From positions 2,356,578 through 2,420,577 of the forward strand of contig CP136572.1 of the NCBI GenBank assembly GCA_035193785.1: a DNA stretch of 64,000 nucleotides. The letters run 5' to 3'. The notes beneath the pieces were generated by a model. It saw only the letters and a list, made by a program, of their open reading frames with translations, had not been told where the DNA came from and searched no databases. Positions 54,950 through 64,000 of the stretch are shown in pieces (position 1 is the stretch's first letter; the number at the start of each line of letters is the position of its first letter). The DNA is from Planktothrix sp. GU0601_MAG3. GTDB lineage: Bacteria; Cyanobacteriota; Cyanobacteriia; Cyanobacteriales; Microcoleaceae. The position numbers and the translations under genes were made by a program.

Positions 54950-56991
54950 ATGGCAAATATTAAAGAAATTTTATATCTTGAAGTTCCCACTCCCGGCACT
55001 CAACAGGTTTGTACTTGGTTGCAACAAAACTTTCAAGCGCCAAATGGAGAAAAAATCATCACTCCCGATGGTTTTCGATTACAATTTTCTCAACCCAATC
55101 AAAATCTAACAGCATCCAGTGAACTTTCGGTTTTTGTTTGGTCAGTTCAACGCACCACCTATTTAAAAGTCTTCCGAGTTGGTCAACCGCCAAAAAGTCA
55201 AGAACAAAATTTTTTAAAGCGTTTAGAAACTGAACTCCGAACCACCTTTCCCCATCAATATCCCGAACCTCCAGAGATTGATTTATCTCAACAATCTATT
55301 TTTGAAGGATTAGAAAAAGATTATCCCTTAACGGTTAAATACTTCAAAAAAATGCCCAATGGAGAATTTGATCTGAAACGGGTTTATTGGTGGGAAAAAC
55401 GCTGGCGAGAAGGAGTAAGAAATCCCCAAACTCCTAAACAAGTTATTTTTAAATCCGATGATTCCCAGACCGATGATTCCCCTAATTATGACTTAATTTA
55501 TATCGGGGGTGCTTTGGGGGTAATTCATGCGGCGGTGATGGCAAGATTAGGCTATAAAGTCCTATTAATTGAACGGTTGCCTTTCGGTCGAATGAAACCG
55601 GGAATGGAATATTTCTCGCAGTGAGTTAAAAAGTTTAATTGATTTAAAATTATTTACCCCTACGGAAGTTGAAAGTTTGATCGCCCGGGAATATCAAGAT
55701 GGATTTCATAAGTTTTTTGATGCTTATAATCCTAAAATTGCTAAAGCTGAAATTCTCCATACTCCCACGGTCTTAAATGTGGCTTTAAATTCTGAAATAT
55801 TACTGCGATTATCAGGAGAAAAACTCAAGGAAGCCGGGGGAGAAATTTGGGATGAAACGGAGTTTTTACAAGCTAATATTAACCCCAATCAAGTTACTAT
55901 TAAATCCCTACATATTCCCAGCCAAACCGAAGCCACAGCCACCGGACGGCTATTAGTAGACGCCATGGGAACGGCATCCCCTATTGCTTGGCAATTGAAC
56001 GGGGGACGGGCGTTTGATAGCGTTTGTCCGACGGTGGGGGCGGTAATTGATGGCGGGTTTGAACCGGGGGTTTGGGATGCCACCTATGGCGATGTTTTAA
56101 ATAGTCATGGGGATATTTCTCGGGGAAGACAATTAATTTGGGAACTGTTTCCGGGGGCGGGTAATGAGTTAACGTTTTATCTATTTCACTACCATCAAGT
56201 TAATCCGATAAACCCCGGTTCTCTGTTAGAAATGTATGAAGATTTTTTCACTATTTTACCCGAATATCGTCGCTGTGACATGGATAAATTAGTCTGGAAG
56301 AAACCCACTTTTGGCTATATTCCTGGGCATTTTAGTACGGGAAGTAGCGATCGCAAAGTTAGTGTTGATCGGTTAATTTTAATTGGGGATGCTGCCTCCT
56401 TACAATCTCCCTTAGTGTTTACTGGATTTGGGTCTTTGGTGCGAAATTTATCTCGATTAACTGATTTATTAAATACCGCTTTAAAACATAATTTATTGAC
56501 CGCCGATTGGTTAGATCAAATTCGGGCGTATCAAACCAATATTTCCGTAACTTGGTTATTTTCTAAAGGAATGATGGTGCCCACAGGGAAATATTTACCC
56601 CCGCAAAAAATTAACTCAATTTTAAATACTTTTTTTGGGGTTTTAGCAACGGAATCTCAAGAGATTGCAGAAACCTTTATTAAAGATCGAACAACTTGGT
56701 GGACTTTTACCAGGTTAGCCCTGAAAGCCGCCCGGATTAATCCTTTATTATTAATTTGGATTTTAGACTTTGTAAACCCGGGAGAAGTTTTCCGGTGGCT
56801 GAAGAATTTTATTCAATTTATGGTGTTATCTATAATTAGTTTCTTGTGTGGTTGGCTTCCTAATTTCAGTCGCAAAATTCAACCCTGGTTAGAAACCCCG
56901 TTATCCTAAACTTTGGATGTGGTTATTAACAACCAGTTATGCTTTAACTGATGGTATGGGAAAACCTCAAACCCCATATTTTAACACCTGA
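54950..56991 (+). CDS. cruA: CruA-type lycopene cyclase; apparent frameshifts at ~55594 and ~56892
   Basis: N-terminal EILYLEVPTP extension, YDLIYIGGALG, GDAASLQSPLVFTGFGS. Confidence 0.75.
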
Positions 56992-57105
56992 AAACTCAAT
57001 TTGTCTGAGGAATAGGGGGAGCAGGGGGAACAGGGGAGGTAAACTTTTGCCATTCGTAATTCGTAATTCGTAATTACCCATTACCCCTTACCCATTACCC
57101 CTTAC

Positions 57106-59049
57106 CTAACTAACCTTAACAGCAGAAGGATTATGTTCCGCCACTAATTTCCGAAATTGTTCTCCCTCTAAGGTTTCAATTTCTAACAGTAATTCCACCA
57201 ACTGATCCATTAACATTCGATTTTCCCGAACCAGTTTTCGGGCTTTTTCATAACACTCAAAAGCCAGATCTCGAATTAGATGATCAATTTGGGTGGCTAC
57301 TTCCTCCGAATATTCCGATTGAGAGGGAAATCCTCGACCCAAAAACACTTCCGCCGAGGGACTTTCTAAAGCCACTAAACCCAACTCCGACATTCCATAA
57401 CGAGTTACCATTTCCCGGGCTAAATTCGTCACCGTTTGGATATCATTACTGGCGCCAACGGTAACTTCCGAATCCCCAAATACCTCCATTTCCGCCGCCC
57501 GTCCGCCTAAACAAATGGTAATTTGATTAATTAACCAGGATTTTGTATATAATCCACTATCGACCATTTCCTCATTAAACATTTGTTGAGCAAAACCGCC
57601 AATTCCACCAGAACGGGGAATAATGGTAACTTTATTTAAAGGATCGGAATTCTTCAAGAAAGTCATTAACAAAGCGTGTCCGATTTCGTGATAGGCAATC
57701 AGGCGCTTTTTCTTACTATCTAATAACGGTGTTAATGCTAACCCAATCGTAATCCGATCAATCGCATCATCAATTTCTAAAGGAGTAATGGCTTCCTTGC
57801 GACGTCGGGCGGTTAAAATCGCCGCTTCATTCAGTAAATTCGCTAAATCTGCACCGGATAATCCCGGGGTGCGACGGGCGATCGCCTCTAAAGAAACCTC
57901 CTCGGATAACTTCTTATTCCGAGCATGAACTTCTAAAATCCCTAAGCGGCCATTAAAACTCGGTAAATCTACCATCACCTGTCGATCAAATCGACCCGGA
58001 CGTAATAACGCCGCATCCAAAACATCAGGGCGGTTGGTCGCCGCAATTACAATAATTCCCGTATTGCCTTCAAACCCGTCCATTTCCGTTAATAATTGGT
58101 TTAGGGTTTGTTCGCGCTCATCATTTCCCCCACCAATACCCGCGCCCCGTTGACGTCCGACCGCATCAATTTCATCAATAAACACCAAACAGGGGGCATT
58201 TTCCTTCGCCTTTCTAAATAAATCCCGCACCCGGGAAGCGCCAACCCCGACGAACATCTCCACAAATTCCGACCCGGAAATACTAAAAAACGGTACTCCC
58301 GCTTCCCCGGCTACCGCCCGGGCTAAGAGGGTTTTTCCCGTCCCCGGGGGCCCAATTAATAATACCCCTCTGGGAATTTTAGCCCCAATCGCGGTAAAAC
58401 GTTCCGGTTGCTTCAAGAAGGTGACGACTTCCTGTAATTCTTCCTTAGCTTCCTCAATTCCCGCCACATCCTCAAATAAGATTCCGGTTTTCGCCTCCAT
58501 TTGAAATCTGGCTTTGGATTTACCAAAATTCATGGCTTGGCCCGATGCTTGGGTAGACCGTCGCAGAATCATTAATAAAATAGCCAATAGGCCAAAAATA
58601 ATCAGCATATTCACGATCAGCCCCATGGCCATGCTATTATCCGCCGAAGGGCTAACTCCATACTCGACATTATTCCCCCGAATTTCCCGCATCAATTCCG
58701 GGTTTTGGGTAAACAGGGAGACAAAATACACCGACCCGGGCTTTTTGTCTTTCTCCCCTTTCAGGGTGACTTTTGCCATTTGTCGTGAGGGGTCTTCTTC
58801 AATTTTTTGGACTTCCCCGGCTTGAATTTTCTGCAACAGTTGACTGTAGGTTATGGTTTTTGGGGTGTTATCGGCAAAGGCGGGAGTTCCCAAAAGCACC
58901 CCCTGAGCGATCATCCAACTGCCCAAAAGTCGCCCCAGTCGTTTCCCAATCTTCGTTTTTTGGGGGACTATCTGTTTAGGATTTGACCCTCCCATCCAGG
59001 TTTTGATCCAAGACCTATTCATTCTACCTTTTCCTGTTGCTACGCTCAT
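57106..59049 (-). CDS. ftsH: ATP-dependent zinc metalloprotease FtsH
   Basis: [33 protein letters not shown]. Confidence 0.95.
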   Translation of the reverse strand: MSVATGKGRMNRSWIKTWMGGSNPKQIVPQKTKIGKRLGRLLGSWMIAQGVLLGTPAFADNTPKTITYSQLLQKIQAGEVQKIEEDPSRQMAKVTLKGEKDKKPGSVYFVSLFTQNPELMREIRGNNVEYGVSPSADNSMAMGLIVNMLIIFGLLAILLMILRRSTQASGQAMNFGKSKARFQMEAKTGILFEDVAGIEEAKEELQEVVTFLKQPERFTAIGAKIPRGVLLIGPPGTGKTLLARAVAGEAGVPFFSISGSEFVEMFVGVGASRVRDLFRKAKENAPCLVFIDEIDAVGRQRGAGIGGGNDEREQTLNQLLTEMDGFEGNTGIIVIAATNRPDVLDAALLRPGRFDRQVMVDLPSFNGRLGILEVHARNKKLSEEVSLEAIARRTPGLSGADLANLLNEAAILTARRRKEAITPLEIDDAIDRITIGLALTPLLDSKKKRLIAYHEIGHALLMTFLKNSDPLNKVTIIPRSGGIGGFAQQMFNEEMVDSGLYTKSWLINQITICLGGRAAEMEVFGDSEVTVGASNDIQTVTNLAREMVTRYGMSELGLVALESPSAEVFLGRGFPSQSEYSEEVATQIDHLIRDLAFECYEKARKLVRENRMLMDQLVELLLEIETLEGEQFRKLVAEHNPSAVKVS

Positions 59050-59239
59050 CTAAACCTAGTGTAACGCTCCAATGAGAATCAGTCATCATTTGTAGGGGCG
59101 GGTTCATCAAGATGGGCGGTGATTAACAAAGATCTAAAATAACCCGCCCGTACCAGTTATCAGTCATTAGTTATCAGTTATAGCAAACTCCCAGAGGACT
59201 CCAAAATTAATAGTTTAGAAAGCCATCTATTAAAATAGC

Positions 59240-59941
59240 TTAAATTAATGCTAACACAGAAACAGGTGCTCCCGAACCGCCTGTTAATTTTAAAATCCCG
59301 ATAATTAAGGTAATTCCAGTGGCGGGAAGTTGCTCCAGATTTGTCAAGTTCTCTAAGACAAAACCATTATTTTTTAAAATCATTTTATTAGTATTAAAAC
59401 TATCCTCAAAACCCGGATCAACTCCGTGGGTATCAATTCCCACTCCCTTAATATTGCGCTGTGCAATTAAAAATTGAGTTGCTTCACTCCCAAACCCGGG
59501 AAAATGTAGTTTTCCTTGGGTATCAACATTTAAAAAAGCCCCGGCATCATGCCATTTTTCTTGCCAACCTGTATAAAGTAAAATCATACTATTTTCAGGA
59601 ATAATATCATGCTGTTTCTCCCAATCTTTAATATCCTTCACCGTTAAAATAGCGTCGGGATTTTCACTGGCTTTTTCTCTAATATTAATCACAACTGCGG
59701 GAAGAATACAAGACTCGGGCGAATAATCATCAATTCCCATTCCGTCTTGATAAAAACTTTTAGGCGAATTCAAATGAGTTCCACTATGTTCCCCCATAGA
59801 AAACCGCCTTAAATAATATCCCGATGTCGAAAAATCAGCAACGGTTTCTAACTCCACAACCGGATCACCCGGCCACAAAGGAATTTCTGGATGAATTTTA
59901 TGGGTTAAATCAATAATTCTGTGGTAATTAATTGTTGTCAT
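59240..59941 (-). CDS. Cyclase / kynurenine formamidase-family protein
   Basis: DLTH, GEHSGTHLNSP, GIDT, LENL, GGSGAPV. Confidence 0.85.
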   Translation of the reverse strand: MTTINYHRIIDLTHKIHPEIPLWPGDPVVELETVADFSTSGYYLRRFSMGEHSGTHLNSPKSFYQDGMGIDDYSPESCILPAVVINIREKASENPDAILTVKDIKDWEKQHDIIPENSMILLYTGWQEKWHDAGAFLNVDTQGKLHFPGFGSEATQFLIAQRNIKGVGIDTHGVDPGFEDSFNTNKMILKNNGFVLENLTNLEQLPATGITLIIGILKLTGGSGAPVSVLALI

Positions 59942-59960
59942 AATTGCGATTTTCTAACCC

Positions 59961-61036
59961 GTAGGGGCGGGTTCCATAACAATTTATCACTAGAAAAAAT
60001 AATCTCCATCAACCCGCCCAAACCCCAAAATTAATAGGAAACCAATAATTAATTATAGCGCGTAGGGGCGGGTTCCATAACAATTTATCACTAGAAAAAA
60101 TAATCTACATAAACCCACCCAAACCCCAAGATTAATAGGAAACCAATAATTAATTATAGGGCGTAGGGGTAGGTTCTGTAACAATTTATCGCAGAGAAAA
60201 ATAATCTCCATAAACCCGCCCAAACCCCAAGATTAATAGGAAACCAATAATTAATTATAGGGCGTAGGGGCAGGTTCCGTAACAATTTATCACTGGAAAA
60301 AATAATCTCCATAAACCCGCCCAAACCCCAAGATTAATAGGAAACCAATAATTAATTATAGGGCGTAGGGGCAGGTTCCGTAACAATTTATCGCAGAGAA
60401 AAATAATCTCCATAAACCCGCCCAAACCCCAAAATTAATAGGAAACCAATAATTAATTATAGGGCGTAGGGGCAGGTTCCGTAACAATTTATCGCAGAGA
60501 AAAATAATCTCCATAAACCCGCCCAAACCCCAAAATTAATAGGAAACCAATAATTAATTATAGGGCGTAGGGGCGGGTTCCATAACAATTTATCGCAGAG
60601 AAAAATAATCTCCATAAACCCGCCCAAACCCCAAGATTAATAGGAAACCAATAATTAATTATAGGGCGTAGGGGTGGGTTCCATAACAATTTATCACCGG
60701 AAAAAATAATCTCCATCAACCCGCCCAAACCCCAAAATTAATAGGAAACCAATAATTAATTATAGCGCGTAGGGGTGGGTTCCATAACAATTTATCACTA
60801 GAAAAAATAATCTCCATCAACCCGCCCAAACCCCAAAATTAATAGGAAACCAATAATTAATTATAGAGCGTAGGGGCGGGTTTCCGTAACAATTTATCAC
60901 TGGAAAAAATAATCTCCATAAACCCGCCCAAACCAACCAATAATTTGCAACTAATTATTGATTTTGTAAATCTTTTGGGGGCGGGTTTAGAGAGATTATT
61001 TGTGTATATTATAGGCTAACTCGAACCCGCCCCTAC
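59961..61036. repeat. 10 x 101-bp tandem array of a GTAG-type REP unit plus one inverted partner
   Basis: Units start at 59961, 60062, 60163, 60264, 60365, 60466, 60567, 60668, 60769 and 60870. An inverted unit is at ~60978-61036. Confidence 0.92.
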
Positions 61037-62257
61037 GGTGGAGATTTAATTTTAATCCATTGATTCAGGATTTTATAAATATTGACTACTCCTTGTAAAT
61101 GCGATCGCTGAGAACGTCCATATAAAAAATCATGGAGACTGATTTGATAATTATATTGTAGGGCTAAATCCAACCATAAATTATTATAGGCTTGTCCTTG
61201 AATATAATCAGGAATTGTGTTATAATAGTAGGGAAAACCATCTAAACAAGTATTAAAAAAGTTTTTGCGACCTTGATATTTTAAATAATTAAAACGGGGT
61301 TGAAAAACCGTTAAATTTTCCAAAGCGGTATGAATAGTATCGGCTAGAGCTTCAGGCTCAAATTCCGATAATAACCCTGAACCCGCAGGGAATAATTCAG
61401 ATTTACCCCTGATATATTGATTGAATTGCTTAAAACAAATCACCGGAGTATTACAACTCATTGCTTCGGAAAGACTGCAATTTTTTCCTTCTAAAAGAGA
61501 ACCTATAATACAAACTTTAGACCGAGAATAATACAGTGGCTTTTCTTGATAATAGTCAACTTGAGAAACAATCTGGATATCATCTAAAATATTTGCCAAA
61601 ATAGCCTTTAATTTTTGCCATTCTAATTGAGCTTCCCCCGTTAGTAAATCAACATAACTGGGATCAAAATAATCCTCTAAAATTAACGTTATTTTTAAGG
61701 ATTTATTATACTTTTTATGATAAATTTTTAACGCCTTTGCTATGATGGGTAAATTATAAATAGGAGATAACTTAGCCACACATAAAACATCAATATCTTT
61801 AGCATTAATAGGCTGAGGAGCAATCAAATATTCATTAATAAAATCGGCACTAGAAACCCGGAATTAAAATTTTATTTATCCGTTGGGGATAGTTTTTTCT
61901 AAACCAATCTGTACGGGATGGATTATCGTATAAACAGAAATAGGCATCGGCCGTATTAGACCAAGGATAGGAACACCAAAGGGAATCAGCAATTGACAAG
62001 AAAACCTCAGAAAGTTGGGGTAAAAGTTTATTTAATAAATCCACAGATTCACTAAAATATAATCCTTTAATAAATTTACCTTGATAAAATAAAGGAGGGA
62101 GTAAAACAGAGAAATTTACGTTTCCAAACCGATCAGCATTATGTTCAAAAATTTCATTAGTCCAGCTATCTAAATCCGAATAAATTTCTTCCCAGGATTG
62201 GTTTATTTCTGGATAATTAAAGTATTTACTCTGACGTTCGTAGTTTCCTATACCCAT
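61033..62257 (-). CDS. Putative GT-B glycosyltransferase; apparent frameshift at ~61853
   Basis: SKVCIIGSLLEG.N..LSEAMSCNTPVI resembles the EX7E motif of GT4-like enzymes. Confidence 0.65.
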
Positions 62258-62401
62258 AACATTAGTTCTTTATTAGATAGTATGATGGGGAATGGGGCAC
62301 AGGGAATAGGAAATACCGGGTAATACTTCTGGTTGTTTCATATCAGTGCAGATTGATATATTGCCTATTTCCCATTATCCATTCCCTGTCCCTTACAAAA
62401 C

Positions 62402-63301
62402 CTATTTTAAACCTAATTTATTTAACCAGTTCAAAATCATGGAGTTTACCTGTTCAGGACGTTCATCATGGGGACAATGACCCGTATCGGGAATCGAAAT
62501 AAATTCAACCGATGGATTTATTTTAGCTAAATCTTGATAAATTTTCGCCCCAGTAATGGGTGTCCATGGGTCAGTTTCTCCCCAAATAATTAGTAAAGGT
62601 TGTTGAATTTGGGGTAATAATTCCGAGGGTTGGGGGCCGGGAGGGGCGGTTAAAATCGAAGCAAAGACCTGTTGAGCACCCATATCATTAGAAGGAGTAT
62701 ATAATAGGTCTACTAACTCATCGGTAATGGCTTGTTTATTGCCATAAACTTGATGTAAAGTATTGCGAATCCGGTGTTTTTGTCGAATTTGATTGAACAT
62801 AAACGGCCCCAAAATAGGATTATTTACAACTTTTGCGAATAATCCCATAATCAACCGCAGGGGAAAATTTAATTCTTCGGGGCGATGATTTAACCCTCCT
62901 GCACAATTAATTAATACTGCTCCTGCTGATATTTCAGGATGGTGGGCAACCATCATTAAACCCAATAATGCTCCGATAGAATTGCCAATAAAAATAGCGG
63001 GTTGTTTAATCTTTTCTGCCCAGAAATCCGTTAATAGTTCTTCCCACAATTCTAAACTATAATCGAGATTAGGTTTGGCAGATGCCCCAAATCCCAATAA
63101 ATCTAAAGCAAAAACCCGGTATCCCCCGGAGGCTAAAATCGGGATATTCTGACGCCAATGTCCAATGGATGCACCAAACCCATGAATCAGCACCAAGGGC
63201 TGTCCGCTCCCGGTGGCGGTATACTGGATTTGATGTCCTTTCCATGTCCAGGTTAGGGGCTCAAAGGGGGTTGTTATTTGGGGGGACGTTGTTGTTGTCA
63301 T
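62402..63301 (-). CDS. Alpha/beta-fold hydrolase
   Basis: HGFGAS, GNSIG, WGETD, GHCPHDE. Confidence 0.9.
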   Translation of the reverse strand: MTTTTSPQITTPFEPLTWTWKGHQIQYTATGSGQPLVLIHGFGASIGHWRQNIPILASGGYRVFALDLLGFGASAKPNLDYSLELWEELLTDFWAEKIKQPAIFIGNSIGALLGLMMVAHHPEISAGAVLINCAGGLNHRPEELNFPLRLIMGLFAKVVNNPILGPFMFNQIRQKHRIRNTLHQVYGNKQAITDELVDLLYTPSNDMGAQQVFASILTAPPGPQPSELLPQIQQPLLIIWGETDPWTPITGAKIYQDLAKINPSVEFISIPDTGHCPHDERPEQVNSMILNWLNKLGLK

Positions 63302-63338
63302 TTTATTAAGATTTGTAAACACTATTCTTCTATCATAG

Positions 63339-63804
63339 ATGATTACACCCTGGAAACAAGACAGAATTCTGATTCATACTCAAAGACTTTTGAGGAGTTA
63401 TCAACATTGGACAGGGGAAACTCTGTTAGATTTGAATGACAACCTGGAGGAAGTTGCTGAGGGTTTATTTTATGCGCCATTTGTGTTAGTTTCCCACGGA
63501 ATTGAAACCCGATCCAATTTTTAATTATGGGAATCAAAAAGCCCTAAAAATATGGGAGTTAACTTGGGATGAATTAACTCAAATGCCTTCTCGAAAAACC
63601 GCCGAACCGATGTTACAGGAAGAACGCGATCGCTTGTTAGCTGAAACCACAGCAAAAGGATTTGTTAAAAACTATCAAGGAGTGAGAATTTCCAGTAGTG
63701 GAAAACGCTTTCTCATCCAAGATGTTTTGATTTGGAATGTTTTAGATGAACAAGATAAATATTGTGGACAGGCGGCTATTTATTCTAAATATATGTATAT
63801 TTGA
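63339..63804 (+). CDS. MEKHLA-domain protein; apparent frameshift at ~63504
   Basis: APFVLVSHG..DPIFNYGN, PSR.TAEP, Y.GVRIS..GKRF. Confidence 0.8.
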
Positions 63805-63908
63805 AATTAGCTGATGATTATTCTTTTGGTATTTTACAATCTAGTATTGATTATAATGACCAAAAATAATTGGAGTTTACGAGAATTAAATCAAACAAAG
63901 GTTTTTAT

Positions 63909-64000
63909 ATGATTCAAACTATATCGAAGTTAATCAATTTTGATCAGTTTCTGGAATGGAAACCTGAAAACGGACAATACGAACTACATAGGGGAGTTGT
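63909..64000 (+). CDS. Uma2-family endonuclease N-terminus (runs off the window)
   Basis: MIQTISKLINFDQFLEWKPENGQYELHRG. Confidence 0.6.
   Translation, partial: MIQTISKLINFDQFLEWKPENGQYELHRGV

Noticed and set aside
59961..60935. CRISPR array
   Set aside because: Whole 101-bp units are near-identical, so there are no unique spacers, and no cas genes are nearby.
2530..63508. Mass pseudogenisation or programmed frameshifting of ~20 genes
   Set aside because: The breaks include guaA, share one +1 GAAC/GTTC pattern that also appears in non-coding paralogous copies, and show no other decay. An artefact is far more likely.

Overview
A 64-kb chromosomal segment from a cyanobacterium. HIP1 GCGATCGC octamers are frequent and STRR-type heptamer repeats are present; the gene content resembles Oscillatoriales such as Planktothrix, which is an inference. 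The backbone is housekeeping genes (pgl, thiO, P-type ATPase, CNT, SLC13, nadD-nrtR, ictB-like, rbfA, guaA, cbiD, cruA, ftsH). Accessory content: three closely related RT/HNH-encoding group IIB introns, two in-frame inside pgl and one inside the 3' end of tnpB in an IS200/IS605 element. Introns 2 and 3 have EBS1/EBS2 sequences that co-vary with their different targets. The third intron splits both the QLSLF tail of TnpB and a stem-loop in the right-end (omegaRNA) region that closes locally only after splicing. The window also holds a UbiA-like phosphoribosyltransferase/SMR/GMC/SDR cluster, a TPR-CHAT three-gene module next to a toxin-antitoxin pair, a 10 x 101-bp REP-derived array, and several MITE/REP families. 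About 20 genes look frameshifted, and nearly every break is a single extra base converting GAAC/GTTC to GAAAC/GTTTC. This points to a motif-specific sequencing artefact, plausibly from DNA phosphorothioation, rather than real pseudogenes. Gene calls come from recalled family motifs; no database search was run.
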